Assembly: GCA_048939765.1 (NCBI GenBank)
Contig: JBHLPF010000005.1
Span: 22,375-86,374, forward strand
Direction: 5' to 3'
From: Promethearchaeota archaeon
GTDB taxonomy: Archaea; Asgardarchaeota; Thorarchaeia; Thorarchaeales; Thorarchaeaceae
Length of the DNA: 64,000 nt
Each line of letters starts with the position of its first letter. The first letter of the stretch is position 1. A program made the position numbers and the translations under genes. A model generated the notes under the pieces. It was not told where the DNA came from, did not search any database, and was given only the letters and a program-made list of their open reading frames with translations. Positions 27,799 through 38,282 of the stretch are shown here, piece after piece.

Positions 27799-29441
27799 TA
27801 CAATGTGCCTCCTGAAGTTTCGTCTGAAAGTCTGCCAATTACAAGAAAAGCGATGAAGCAGATTGCTACCAGGACAAAAGCAGCCGCTCCCGCATCCACC
27901 ATTCTCCTAACACCCAGATACTGATAGATTACAACTGCCAACGTAGTATTCTGCTCAAGTGCAATGAACAATGTCGCTGACATCTCGCCAATGGCCATAG
28001 CAAATGCGAACACTCCTCCCGCAAGGATTCCAGGCCCGAGCAGAGGGAGCTCAACGTAGAACAATCTCTGTAGGCGCGATGCACCTAACGATTCCGCTTG
28101 CTCAATGACTTCACTGTCAATATTCCTAAGAGATAACTCGATCGCTCTGGCGCTGAAAGGCAGTCCAATGAGTGTCTGAGCTATAACAATCAGAATCCAT
28201 GGATTCGTTGTCAGCCCCAACGGGACCGCAATAATTCGCATGAGTCCGTAGGCTACAGTGATTGCAGAAACTCCCAGTGGCAGAAGCGTCATTGCTGATG
28301 CTATTGTTGGCAAGCCCCTTTGTCGAGTACGATGTAAGTATGCCAAGGGTATACCAAGCAGGACAGCTAGGATAGTTGCTAGGACCGCATACAGTAGAGA
28401 GTTGGCAAATGGTATTAGGCCGCCTCCTGCACCTGAGCTAAGTAGATTAGCAAATCCCTCCAATGTGTATTGGCCACTGAAGGGATTGTAGATAGATGCT
28501 TGCACGATTGCAAGGATGGGCCCCGCAACTAGAATTGAGATTAACAAAAGATAGCCGACAGCACACGATTTCCAGAACAAGCTGATCTCATCAAACGACA
28601 GTGTCTTGATTACGCCAGTCCTTCCACCCTCATCCTCAATCCTACCTAGTCTGACATACGAATAGGCGAGTGCCAAGGTGATTAGGATTTGAATCATCGC
28701 CAGGGAACTGGCCTCACCAAAGTCAAAGGTCCGAAAAGCATACCAGATTCGCACCTCGAGTGTCATGTATCTGCCCTCGCCTAGGGCTAGCACGATAGGG
28801 AAGGACATGAAGCAGAATAGGAATGTAAGAAGCGCCGCAGCCAAAAGCGAAGCCCGAATGTGAGGTAGAATGATGTGTCTGAATTTCTGTAAAGTCGTGG
28901 CTCCAAGAATCTCTGCGGTCTCCTCAATCTCTGGATTCAACCTTTCAAGGGCAGATGAAACCATCACAATGACTAGAGGTATATTATAGAACGTATGCGC
29001 TAAGATTATTCCAACGAATCCATTTGCCAAGTTCAGAATACTATCAGAGGTTCCAGCCAAGGCCATAAGGAATGTATCTAGGATTCCAAACTCTCCAAAA
29101 ACACGAAGGAAGCCCACCACCACCACAATGGGCGGCAATACGAAGGGAACAATGAGCGAAGCTCTCAGCAGAGATTTCCCTCTCATTCTCAGTCTGGCTA
29201 GAAGAAATGCGCCAGGCAACCCGAGAATCACAACGAGTACCGTGCTAATTAAGGCTTGAACTACAGTGAAATTGAGGACAGACTGTGTCACTGTGGAGGA
29301 GATGGCTTCGATGAATGATGTGCCAGGTCCATAGATGAGGCCTTCAACCAGAACTGAAACGACAGGGAAGACTAGGAATGCTCCCAAAAGCACTAGCGGA
29401 GAAGCGATGGCGGCCCATCTGATCGAAGTTCTCCAATCCAT
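27798..29441 (-). CDS. thiP: ABC permease (duplicated TM module), thiamine transporter
   Basis: PFVLPPIVV, LAHTFYNIPL, two EAA-type motifs (AEILGA, AESLGA). Confidence 0.87.
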   Translation of the reverse strand: MDWRTSIRWAAIASPLVLLGAFLVFPVVSVLVEGLIYGPGTSFIEAISSTVTQSVLNFTVVQALISTVLVVILGLPGAFLLARLRMRGKSLLRASLIVPFVLPPIVVVVGFLRVFGEFGILDTFLMALAGTSDSILNLANGFVGIILAHTFYNIPLVIVMVSSALERLNPEIEETAEILGATTLQKFRHIILPHIRASLLAAALLTFLFCFMSFPIVLALGEGRYMTLEVRIWYAFRTFDFGEASSLAMIQILITLALAYSYVRLGRIEDEGGRTGVIKTLSFDEISLFWKSCAVGYLLLISILVAGPILAIVQASIYNPFSGQYTLEGFANLLSSGAGGGLIPFANSLLYAVLATILAVLLGIPLAYLHRTRQRGLPTIASAMTLLPLGVSAITVAYGLMRIIAVPLGLTTNPWILIVIAQTLIGLPFSARAIELSLRNIDSEVIEQAESLGASRLQRLFYVELPLLGPGILAGGVFAFAMAIGEMSATLFIALEQNTTLAVVIYQYLGVRRMVDAGAAAFVLVAICFIAFLVIGRLSDETSGGTL

Positions 29442-29456
29442 GAATTCGCACCCAAA

Positions 29457-30596
29457 CTAGGCTATTCTAATCTCGTCAAACGTGTCAAGCCAGGTGGTTA
29501 GATTGGCTGCAATCTCTGTTCTTGGGAGGAGTTCGTTCAACAATGACACATCACTAGGATGCAATGCATATTCAAAGGCAGGATCCAGTGCTATTCCAGT
29601 TCTTACAGGAAACATCCACTGGTTTGTGGCTATTAGAGATTGAACTGTTTCATTCAAACAATAGTCAATGAATAATTTCGCAAGTTCTGGATTGGGTCCG
29701 TTCTTGACTAGTCCCATTCCTTCAACCTGCATCCACGCATAATGGTCGCCATCATGATAGATGGGAGCAATTCCGGTTTCTGGCTCTCCTCCGTAGAAAT
29801 ACACAGAGTATGCACCATCTGTTCCATAGCTGTTCATGATATGTTTGCTTGGAGAATCGTACCAGACACTCCACGATTCAGACCATCCTGGCTGCACATC
29901 AATATATTCATTGACATCCATCCACCAGTCCGTCCAGTTTACATGTAGAATCTTCTCATGAACAGCAATCTCTGTCAATAGAAACGCAAGTCCTGGGCTG
30001 CTGAATTTAGGATCTTGAGTCACAAAGCCACTTGCCAAGGCTGGGCTGGCCAAATCGGCGAAAGTTAGGTTATTCAACTCAGGAAACAACTCAAGACTGC
30101 TGTTCTTGTATATCAAAGTCACTAAACCGAAATCAAATGGAACGACATAGTGGTCAGGATCCAAAGCATCAATGAAGGTAGAGTTTACGACATCTAGGTT
30201 GGAGGGTTCATATGGAGTAAGGAGGTCTGTGACTCCTGATTGCAGAATGAGGATGTTATCTATTCCAATGACTACATCAGCGACTGGATTGCTCTTCTCA
30301 GTACCAAGTCTTGAAACAATACCATTGGCATCAGTCTGAAGCCTTTCTATGGTCACGTTGCAATCGTATCGCTCTTCAAATGCACCAAATGCCCGTTCGA
30401 AAATTGTGTCCGGGTCATCACCCCACCACATGAAACTGTCATAAGTGTAAACCAAGAGAGTAGGCCTCTCAGTTGCGGGTGGAGTGGAGATGATGACAAT
30501 TGAAGCAATTGCGATAACAACTACGACAGCCAATCCAAGTACAACGAGTCTGGGGTCTCTTCTTTCAGGATACTCTGACATCGCAGACACAACCAT
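29457..30596 (-). CDS. thiB: Thiamine ABC substrate-binding protein (start may be 30581)
   Basis: VYTYDSF, P.ADVVIGID, PFDFG, DP..SSPGLAF, SYGT, QVEG, QWMFP. Confidence 0.9.
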   Translation of the reverse strand: MVVSAMSEYPERRDPRLVVLGLAVVVVIAIASIVIISTPPATERPTLLVYTYDSFMWWGDDPDTIFERAFGAFEERYDCNVTIERLQTDANGIVSRLGTEKSNPVADVVIGIDNILILQSGVTDLLTPYEPSNLDVVNSTFIDALDPDHYVVPFDFGLVTLIYKNSSLELFPELNNLTFADLASPALASGFVTQDPKFSSPGLAFLLTEIAVHEKILHVNWTDWWMDVNEYIDVQPGWSESWSVWYDSPSKHIMNSYGTDGAYSVYFYGGEPETGIAPIYHDGDHYAWMQVEGMGLVKNGPNPELAKLFIDYCLNETVQSLIATNQWMFPVRTGIALDPAFEYALHPSDVSLLNELLPRTEIAANLTTWLDTFDEIRIA

Positions 30597-30599
30597 CCT

Positions 30600-30627
30600 T
30601 ATATCTTAGTTATACAACTAAGTTATA
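30600..30627. promoter_or_regulatory. Candidate ThiR operator in the thiB/thiR divergent promoter
   Basis: Two overlapping TATAAC-N3-GTTATA-like boxes (30600-14, 30613-27), forming perfect CTTAGTT-ATAC-AACTAAG. Confidence 0.6.
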
Positions 30628-30658
30628 GAACTGGATGAAATAAATAGTTTGCCCCGGA

Positions 30659-31594
30659 GTGATTATGATGAGACCCCCATGTGAACTCGTTCAGAAGGAG
30701 TATTTGCCAAATTTGAGAGCCAATCTTGCTCAGAGGCTTCGCGAATCCGGCCAGTCACAGATTGAAATTGCGAGAACAATGAATATCACCCAAGCAGCAG
30801 TGAGCAAATACCTTAGTCAAGGAAGCAAGAAAGGCTCATTGCAGAAAGAAGTGGACATTCTCGCAGAGAAGCTCACCAGCATGATTCTTTCGGACACTCC
30901 TCGACAAGACATTATGGTGAAAGAGATCTGCAGGACATGCATGTATCTTCGAATTGGCTCCACTATCTGCAAAATGCACAGGGACTCCGTATCTGCTTTG
31001 GGTGATGTAAAATGTCAGATTTGCACCGGCCTCCTCGCGGGGGAAGAAAAGGAGTTCGCAGGGAGAGGAAGAATACTGAGGGACCTTCAAGACGCCCTGG
31101 CGCAAATATCGAACGCCTCACGGTTCTCACTCCTAATCCCTCAGGTGAGAGCCAACCTTGTGGCATGCGGGTCTGATGCCAGGACACACATGGATGTAGC
31201 CGGAGTTCCTGGAAGAATCACGCTTGTCAACAACCAAGCAGTTGCTCTCACATCTCCTCAATTTGGGGCATCGCGGCATACTGCCAACCTACTTCTTTGG
31301 GCACGATCCAAATGGCCATCTATTCAAGCCTGCCTCGGTATAAGCGGAACTGAGGAGATAGTCGCGGCGGCAGAAGAGAGCGGTTTCAGAGTGATTAGTC
31401 TTTCAATGCCAGCCAGTGATCCTGATGCAATATCTAACGCGGCTCAGAAAATCGCAGGGGGCTTGAAGAAGACACTCCAGTTTGTCGCGATTCATGTCCC
31501 TGGTGGCTTTGGTGTTGAGCCCATTCTCTACCTATTTGGTCCGAGTGCGATGGGCCTAGCAACTGAATCAATAGCCTTGAGCATGAAGCTGTGA
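30659..31594 (+). CDS. thiR: ThiR regulator (HTH + ThiN-like domain)
   Basis: PPCE..LP.LR..SQ.EIA..ITQAAVSKYL; LIPQVRANL, VAGVPGRI, PQFGASRHTA, GGFGVEPILYLFG. Confidence 0.87.
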   Translation: MIMMRPPCELVQKEYLPNLRANLAQRLRESGQSQIEIARTMNITQAAVSKYLSQGSKKGSLQKEVDILAEKLTSMILSDTPRQDIMVKEICRTCMYLRIGSTICKMHRDSVSALGDVKCQICTGLLAGEEKEFAGRGRILRDLQDALAQISNASRFSLLIPQVRANLVACGSDARTHMDVAGVPGRITLVNNQAVALTSPQFGASRHTANLLLWARSKWPSIQACLGISGTEEIVAAAEESGFRVISLSMPASDPDAISNAAQKIAGGLKKTLQFVAIHVPGGFGVEPILYLFGPSAMGLATESIALSMKL

Positions 31595-31639
31595 GGCCCC
31601 GTCATACACATCCTTATTTCTGCTTAGAACGAGCATCAG

Positions 31640-32515
31640 GTGACACGGCAATCTGGGCGATCCGCGATGGTCAAGATTAGAAATGGATTGTTAAAGGACT
31701 GCAGAGACCTCTTGGAAGTATATATGGGCACTCGTTGGTCAGAGGGCTTTACAACTGTTGAGCAGGTGAAACTAGAACACAAGGGTGTGGCCTTCGAGAA
31801 ATGGGGCTGGCTCGTGGCTGAGGTAAGAGGCAAAGTAGTCGGTGAAATCCTGTGTCGCATTGAAAAGAACCCAATTGCCGGAAGAATCGGAATCATCCGG
31901 AACCTCGGCATAGATGTTCGGCATCAGAAGAAAGCAATCGGGACTAAACTGACCAAAGCAGCAGAAAAGGTGCTACGCCTGAAGAGGGCTGGAAGGTTTG
32001 TTGGTACCACTACACCAGAGGCCTACAACTACTGGATGAAGGTTGACTATCACAAGCGATACTGGCTGATGAGAGTTGAAGCGCCACTCTCGAAGATACC
32101 TTCAAAAAGCTCAAGGAGGTTGCATCGAGAACTCCTCTCAAGCCCAAAAGGACTTCCAAAAAGCATGCGTTTTTCTAACATTGCCTACCCCGGAGAACTG
32201 GCGGAAGTCGTGAGAGAAATCATCACCTATGGAAAATCAGGACTAATGATGGAGTTCCACTCAGATGATGTATTGGCGGGTGTGGGTGCTGTTGTTATGC
32301 AGGATGACAAGACAGCGAAGTTCATAGCAGATGTGACTCCAAAAGGCAATGATTACGCTAATCTCGTAGTATTGCAGACCGCAAAGGCAGCGGCTAAATT
32401 GAAACCCAAATCTGTCTGGACTCTAATTCCTGAGGACAGACTACCTTGGTACCAGAGTCTGGCCAAATGGAAGTCCGAGATGTATCGGAACTTTCCTATT
32501 ACCAAGTTGGCCTAG
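31640..32515 (+). CDS. GNAT-family acetyltransferase
   Basis: LVAEVRGKVVG..LGIDVRHQKKAIGTKL. Confidence 0.75.
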   Translation: MTRQSGRSAMVKIRNGLLKDCRDLLEVYMGTRWSEGFTTVEQVKLEHKGVAFEKWGWLVAEVRGKVVGEILCRIEKNPIAGRIGIIRNLGIDVRHQKKAIGTKLTKAAEKVLRLKRAGRFVGTTTPEAYNYWMKVDYHKRYWLMRVEAPLSKIPSKSSRRLHRELLSSPKGLPKSMRFSNIAYPGELAEVVREIITYGKSGLMMEFHSDDVLAGVGAVVMQDDKTAKFIADVTPKGNDYANLVVLQTAKAAAKLKPKSVWTLIPEDRLPWYQSLAKWKSEMYRNFPITKLA

Positions 32516-34710
32516 GCTTCTTCTTCTGATTCCATTGCTAGAGGTACAGCAATATTAGTGAAGATCAACGCGGCTCCCAATGCCCATATACTTGCCATAT
32601 TGATGTGCCATATTAGAAATGGAATCGAGTTTACCCCCAATGCAAAGAAAAGTCCTGCAGCTACTACGACAAATAGGAGGTCTGCAATGAGCACAGCCCT
32701 AGTAGAGCCTCCGGCTCTCCTTCTCCGAAGTGGGAAGCCGAACGCAATAGCAAGAATGACGATTATGCTGACGATCTCTTCAATCTTGAAGTTTGCGAAA
32801 CCATAGTTCTTTTCGCTGAATCCTTCAAGCCCTTCATCTGTTACAATTAGGACTTTCACAACATGCTCCCATTTGCTGTACTGGTTTGTATCAATTTCGA
32901 ACGTGACTTCTCCGACATTTACCCGGAGTCCTTCAAGAGCAGGCACAACTTCATCATCCACAAATACAGTCATGTTAACAGTATCCCAATTGCTGTCAAT
33001 ATCTACGGTGTATGTTGTGACACCGACAACAACATCACCTAGTGGAGTAACGAAACTCACAGATGGTGCGCCATGATTGTCAACTTCAAGTATTATCTTG
33101 TAGGCGTATACGAATCCACCAATGGCATACGCCCTGAATGTGAAATTATGCTCTCCTTCAGTGTATCTAGAAGTGTCAATCTTGAACGTTGCAATTCCGG
33201 TCTGTAGAGTTATGTTCACAACTTCAGGAGCAAGTGCGCCATCAACATAGGCAGATAGTGTCACATTGGGATAGGGAGATGCAATACGGAGCATGATAGT
33301 TGCGTTGCCTGAGACTTTGTCATAAGCGGTGAGTTCTAATATTTGTAGCCTCACATGATCAAGGAAATTGTAGACCCTTGATGCTGTGCTCTGAAGTCCT
33401 TCTTCAGTTTCAACAATCGCCACAATCGTTTGGTCGCCATTTTCGTAGCGGCTTCCATTAATTGTGTAGATACCGACTCCTCTCGCAACAAGAGTATGAT
33501 TATACTCCGGAGTGATTTCGTCATCTACAGTAATTGTCAGGTACACGAATTCGTAATCTGAAGTTATATTCAATGTAAACTCGTCAAGTCCTGTGAAATC
33601 TGAACCTGCATCTGGCGTTAGAAACACGACAGCTGGCGTCCCATGATTGTTGACTGAGAAGATATACAAATAGATGATGCGAGCGTTTTCCCCAGTCACA
33701 TTGTACTCCAACAATAATGTGAAGTTCAGAGCGCCCTCTGCGAGGATTGTTGTATTCAGCTCCAAATCGTGTTCGCCATTGGCAATATATGTCGAATTGA
33801 ATTGGGGATATTTGATCGCTCCCTCGACAAATATGGTTAGATTTGCACCACCGTAGTCTGAGCCAAGCTCCACTGTGAGGTTGAAGGCGTCACTCACTTG
33901 GCTCTGGTTAGTCGGAGAAATCAGGGAGAGCGCTATAGGCTGCCCATCATTATCCACGATGAAAACAAGGTATAATTGATGCGTTTCCTGAACATCAGCA
34001 ACATCATACTCAAACATGAGGGTGAAGTTAAGCAGTCCCTCTCTCATCGTGGTCGTGTCAACCTGAATTACCTGCGGCTCACCAACTATTGTGACACCAT
34101 CATATGCAGGATAGATCTCACCTTCTATGTAGAGCGTGAGGTTAATGAACGCAAAGTCTGAAGTGATATTCAGCAGTAGACTTTCTGTTCCTGTGAGCGT
34201 GCTCTCATTTGCCGGACTTGTGAGGCCTACCTCGAAATTCACGTGGTCGTTGTCAACGAAATACTCCAAATAGAAGGACTCCTTCTCATCCCAGGTCGCA
34301 TCCTTGTATTCTAGGAGTATAGTGAAGTTTAGATTGCCTTCTGGAATAGACGCCAAAGTTGTGTCCACTGACAGTACCTGATTCCCAGTTCCAATCAGGG
34401 TCTTGTTGTATGCTGAGTAGATTGCACCCTCAATGAACAGTGTGACATTCAGATTACCGAAGTCAGATGTGATGTCAATTGTGATATTCAATGTGCCCGA
34501 AGTTCCGCTCCTATTTGTGGGGCTGACCAGACTAACAGAGATGTTCTGAGAGTCGAAGCCACCAGTAGCAAAATGATTAGAATCCTCAAGGCTGGCTGCC
34601 ATGGAGCCATCATTTGTGGTCATAGCAAGCGGTTGAATATGGGCAACTCCAGCCAGCATCATGGCCAGGAGCAGTATTGATAGCAGTCTACTCGTTGACT
34701 TCATAGTCAA
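32512..34710 (-). CDS. Surface glycoprotein with about 6 Ig-like repeats and 3 C-terminal TM helices
   Basis: Signal peptide; repeats of about 97 aa (SPxN..NITSD..N.TL..EG..DT..EG.LNFT..VDN); many N-x-S/T sequons. Confidence 0.8.
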   Translation of the reverse strand: MTMKSTSRLLSILLLAMMLAGVAHIQPLAMTTNDGSMAASLEDSNHFATGGFDSQNISVSLVSPTNRSGTSGTLNITIDITSDFGNLNVTLFIEGAIYSAYNKTLIGTGNQVLSVDTTLASIPEGNLNFTILLEYKDATWDEKESFYLEYFVDNDHVNFEVGLTSPANESTLTGTESLLLNITSDFAFINLTLYIEGEIYPAYDGVTIVGEPQVIQVDTTTMREGLLNFTLMFEYDVADVQETHQLYLVFIVDNDGQPIALSLISPTNQSQVSDAFNLTVELGSDYGGANLTIFVEGAIKYPQFNSTYIANGEHDLELNTTILAEGALNFTLLLEYNVTGENARIIYLYIFSVNNHGTPAVVFLTPDAGSDFTGLDEFTLNITSDYEFVYLTITVDDEITPEYNHTLVARGVGIYTINGSRYENGDQTIVAIVETEEGLQSTASRVYNFLDHVRLQILELTAYDKVSGNATIMLRIASPYPNVTLSAYVDGALAPEVVNITLQTGIATFKIDTSRYTEGEHNFTFRAYAIGGFVYAYKIILEVDNHGAPSVSFVTPLGDVVVGVTTYTVDIDSNWDTVNMTVFVDDEVVPALEGLRVNVGEVTFEIDTNQYSKWEHVVKVLIVTDEGLEGFSEKNYGFANFKIEEIVSIIVILAIAFGFPLRRRRAGGSTRAVLIADLLFVVVAAGLFFALGVNSIPFLIWHINMASIWALGAALIFTNIAVPLAMESEEEA

Positions 34711-34858
34711 GCCTTCCTGATACCCAGTGACCAGTGGTCAGGCTGGGGCGACAGGATTGAGCCCGTTTTTAAAGCTAGCGCCAGTTTGATATTCGTACGA
34801 CTATTGATGTTGAACCGCATTCAATTCCCTTATATTGGATTACGGAGCACAGCCTCTG

Positions 34859-35788
34859 ATGACTCAGACCGGACTAATAACAAACATCCAACGATGTTCA
34901 ACCGAGGATGGACCAGGCATACGCACGACTGTCTTCATGAAAGGTTGCCCTATGAGTTGCACTTGGTGCCACAATATCGAGACTATTGATTCTCATCCAC
35001 GAACAGTCTGGTACTCTACAAAATGCATCGGTGACAAGGCCTGCATCGAAGCCTGCCCCGAGGGTGCCCTTGCGCTTCTCGAAGAGGGCATGCGGATTGA
35101 CCTGGAGAAATGTACGACATGTGGAAAATGTGAGGATGTCTGTCCAACGGGAGCCATTAAGGTCATGGGAAAAGAATGGGATTCGAAGGCTCTTGTTGAG
35201 GAGCTGCTTCGCGATCGAGTCTTCTTCACAACATCTGGCGGTGGAGTCACTCTCTCCGGAGGAGAGGCAACCTATCAGTCCGATTTCATGGTCGAGGTTG
35301 CTGAGGGCCTACGTGCCAAAGGAGTTCATGTCGCACTAGATACCTGTGGTTACTGCAGTGAGTCTGTTATCAAGAGAGCCTTGGCAGTAGTAAGCATGGT
35401 TCTCTACGATTTGAAGGTGATGGACGCCAAGAAGCATTTGGAATACACTGGAGTTCCGTTGGACCTAGTCTTGACGAATGCCAAGATTGTTGCTGAAAGC
35501 GGGTTGCCCGTTTGGATCAGGACGCCGATAATTCCCGGATATACGGACGAAGAAGAGAATATCAGGGCAATCTCACGATTTGTGGTCGATAATATGCCCA
35601 ATGTTGAGAGATTCGACCTGCTAGCATTCAACAAGATGTGCATCGACAAGTATGCTCTTTTTGGATTGGAGTATCCTCTCAAAGATAAAGATCTTATGAC
35701 ATCAGAGAGAATGGAGCATCTAGCCTCGATCGCTAGGGTGGAAGGCGTATCGAATGTTGTATGGTCTGGAATGACTAAAGTGAGTTGA
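34859..35788 (+). CDS. Glycyl-radical enzyme activating enzyme (with ferredoxin insert)
   Basis: DGPGIRTTVFMKGCPMSCTWCHN, CxxDxxCxxxCP/CTTCGKCEDVCP, GGVTLSGGE. Confidence 0.92.
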   Translation: MTQTGLITNIQRCSTEDGPGIRTTVFMKGCPMSCTWCHNIETIDSHPRTVWYSTKCIGDKACIEACPEGALALLEEGMRIDLEKCTTCGKCEDVCPTGAIKVMGKEWDSKALVEELLRDRVFFTTSGGGVTLSGGEATYQSDFMVEVAEGLRAKGVHVALDTCGYCSESVIKRALAVVSMVLYDLKVMDAKKHLEYTGVPLDLVLTNAKIVAESGLPVWIRTPIIPGYTDEEENIRAISRFVVDNMPNVERFDLLAFNKMCIDKYALFGLEYPLKDKDLMTSERMEHLASIARVEGVSNVVWSGMTKVS

Positions 35789-35810
35789 TTAACTTGCCTA
35801 GACATACTCC

Positions 35811-36407
35811 ATGATAGGAAATGCCACACCACAATCCTTTTTGTTCACATTATTCAGCAATTCGTTCGAGCCATCGATGAGGACCTGGGAATATTCGACG
35901 AAGGACGGAGTCAGCTTAACAGTGCGCCATGCAGTACCGGCTGATGCCAGGAAACTTCACGCTGGATTTGATGAGGTCATCCAAGAGGGAATTTGGCTTC
36001 CAACATTCAATGCGAACAGCAACATTGCTGACTGGGTGAACTGGATTCAACGGACCAATCAATGTCGTGATGTGATGTTGGTTGCGGAGATTGATGATGA
36101 ATACACGGGCCATCTCACGCTTCAGACGGAGGAATGGATGGCATCCAGACATGTTGCCAAGCTGGGCATTATTGTAGCCAAGAAGGATAGAGGAAGGGGT
36201 ATTGGCCGGGCTTTGATGAGAGCAGCTGAAAAGGCAGCCCTGGACTCTGGTTTTGAGAAGATTGTGCTCAGCACTTTTGAAGACAACGCTATCGCTAAAT
36301 CATTATACCTGGCTATGGACTACCGCCAAGTCGGCATCAGGAAGCGTCATTTCAAGATGCCGAAGGGCTATATAGACGAAGTACTATTTGAAAAGCAACT
36401 AGTCTAA
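35811..36407 (+). CDS. GNAT-family acetyltransferase (start may be 35877)
   Basis: HVAKLGIIV..RGRGIGRALM..N..AKSLY. Confidence 0.88.
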   Translation: MIGNATPQSFLFTLFSNSFEPSMRTWEYSTKDGVSLTVRHAVPADARKLHAGFDEVIQEGIWLPTFNANSNIADWVNWIQRTNQCRDVMLVAEIDDEYTGHLTLQTEEWMASRHVAKLGIIVAKKDRGRGIGRALMRAAEKAALDSGFEKIVLSTFEDNAIAKSLYLAMDYRQVGIRKRHFKMPKGYIDEVLFEKQLV

Positions 36408-36422
36408 TGATTCAAGCATAGG

Positions 36423-36944
36423 GTGGTCACATGGATGTGGCGAGACATTGTAGAGTATTTTCATGAATCACCTCAAAGGTTGAAGGTGGCCCAGGCGATA
36501 GTTCGCCATGGTTTCCATATTGAACAGCCAGGTCTGGTACGCTGTGGTCCTATTCGTATTCCGTTGAAAGCGATTGGTGACGCACTTGGTATCGATAGGC
36601 GAACAGTCCGAGCAACCACGGAAGACATCTGTCAGAACGAACGACTCTGTGAATTCTTCAAACGTTTGCAGCCAGCGGGTCCTTCATTGGAGAAGGTACG
36701 CGAGGTTTTAGGTTATGGCGTATTGACTATTTATGTAGACTCTCCAGAAAATGCAGGAATTCTTTCTGATGTGACATCAATAATAGCTGGATATGGCATT
36801 TCCATCCGTCAAGTTTTGGCTGAGGACATTGAGATTTACGAACAACCTTGTTTGAAAGTCATTACTCATGAGCCTCTTCCAGGCAGGGTCATTGAAACAC
36901 TCACTGCGATTAAGGGTGTGAATCGAGTCATAATTGAGAAGTAG
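36423..36944 (+). CDS. Archaeal ACT-domain regulator of amino-acid metabolism (COG2150-like)
   Basis: MW..I..F..SP.R..VA..G, IGDALGIDRRTV, GIL..V..I..GISIRQ. Confidence 0.85.
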   Translation: MVTWMWRDIVEYFHESPQRLKVAQAIVRHGFHIEQPGLVRCGPIRIPLKAIGDALGIDRRTVRATTEDICQNERLCEFFKRLQPAGPSLEKVREVLGYGVLTIYVDSPENAGILSDVTSIIAGYGISIRQVLAEDIEIYEQPCLKVITHEPLPGRVIETLTAIKGVNRVIIEK

Positions 36945-36992
36945 CAGAAACACCACTTAGGAACACTGAAAAGGCTGCACCAATGCCCCGCT

Positions 36993-38282
36993 TTGAGCGA
37001 TTCTCACATGGATGACTTAAAGGGACAACCAACAGTGGAGCATGCCTGGAGTCAAGATAGCGTACATGATCGGAGATCCGGGATGAACCAAGTCTGGATG
37101 TTGGCTCTGTCCCTGAGTATCCTCCAAGTGGGCTTCGGTATTGTGACACCAATTTTCCCATTCTATATCGTAGAATTGGGAGTTGGCGCGACGGAGCTTG
37201 GCGTGTTGGCGGCATCATTTGCGCTAACAAGAATTCTCCTAGCAGGTCCGTTGGGAGGGCTGTCGGATAGAGTAGGAAGAAAGAGAGTCCTTCTTGCGGC
37301 TCTTGCTGGCTTCGCTGTTTCGAATGTAATCTATGCGCTAGCTAACGGCATCTTAGTGATGATTATCGCTAGAGCGCTGGAAGGCGGCATTTCTGCGGGA
37401 TTCTATCCAGCGGCAAATGCATTCGTTTCGGACATGACAACACCTGAGAATAGGGGAACAGCCATGGGCTATCTTAGCATGGGCAATATGGTCGGATTCG
37501 TTGTGGGCCCATCACTCGGAGGGGTATTGGCTGAATTCCTCGGTATCCGTCTTCCCTTTGTTGCTGCAGCCGCAGCCAGTCTTGTGACTCTCGCTGTAAT
37601 GAACCACATTGTACGCGAGCCCGAACACCAAACTTTCCGCTCAGAGTTGGAAAGGCACAGAGTCCCCGTAAGAGAGGTTCTCTCAAAGAATGCAAAAGCA
37701 TACTCTGCGCTTGGCGTCACAATGTTCTCCAACATGTTTGCCATTGGCATCCTTGAAGTCGCCTTCATGCTTGACGCTGTCCAGAGGTATGCCTTTACTC
37801 CCCTCGAGATAGGATCGTTCTTTGGCATTCTTGGATTAATTGTCATAATTGGAAACCTCGGTTTTGGAAAAATATCGGATAGGATTGGCAGAAAATGGCT
37901 TATCACGACCGGGTCGGTAGTCGCCGCATTATCCCTTTACATGTTCATGAATGCAACAGGTACGATGGATTTCTACCTAGCAGGTGCAATTCTGGGAATT
38001 GCTGTTTCCATGAGAGGCCCTACAACACAGGCAATGATTGCTGATCTCTCGGATGTAAGAGCATATGGAAGCGTAATGGGTACGTTTGGTGCAATAAGCA
38101 ACTCTGCATATGTCATTGGACCGATATTGGGTGGTGTGATGTTCGATACTAGTGGTGATTCAATCAGTGCGCTAGGACTGACTGTGGTGGTGTCCATCAG
38201 TTCTGCGGCAGTAGCAGGAATTGGTCTACCCAGCTATCGGCCCGTGGAAGCGTCTTCCGAACTCGAAACAGTTGGCGATTAG
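36993..38282 (+). CDS. MFS transporter (DHA1-like)
   Basis: GGLSDRVGRK and GKISDRIGRK motif A; 12-TM pattern. Confidence 0.92.
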   Translation: MSDSHMDDLKGQPTVEHAWSQDSVHDRRSGMNQVWMLALSLSILQVGFGIVTPIFPFYIVELGVGATELGVLAASFALTRILLAGPLGGLSDRVGRKRVLLAALAGFAVSNVIYALANGILVMIIARALEGGISAGFYPAANAFVSDMTTPENRGTAMGYLSMGNMVGFVVGPSLGGVLAEFLGIRLPFVAAAAASLVTLAVMNHIVREPEHQTFRSELERHRVPVREVLSKNAKAYSALGVTMFSNMFAIGILEVAFMLDAVQRYAFTPLEIGSFFGILGLIVIIGNLGFGKISDRIGRKWLITTGSVVAALSLYMFMNATGTMDFYLAGAILGIAVSMRGPTTQAMIADLSDVRAYGSVMGTFGAISNSAYVIGPILGGVMFDTSGDSISALGLTVVVSISSAAVAGIGLPSYRPVEASSELETVGD

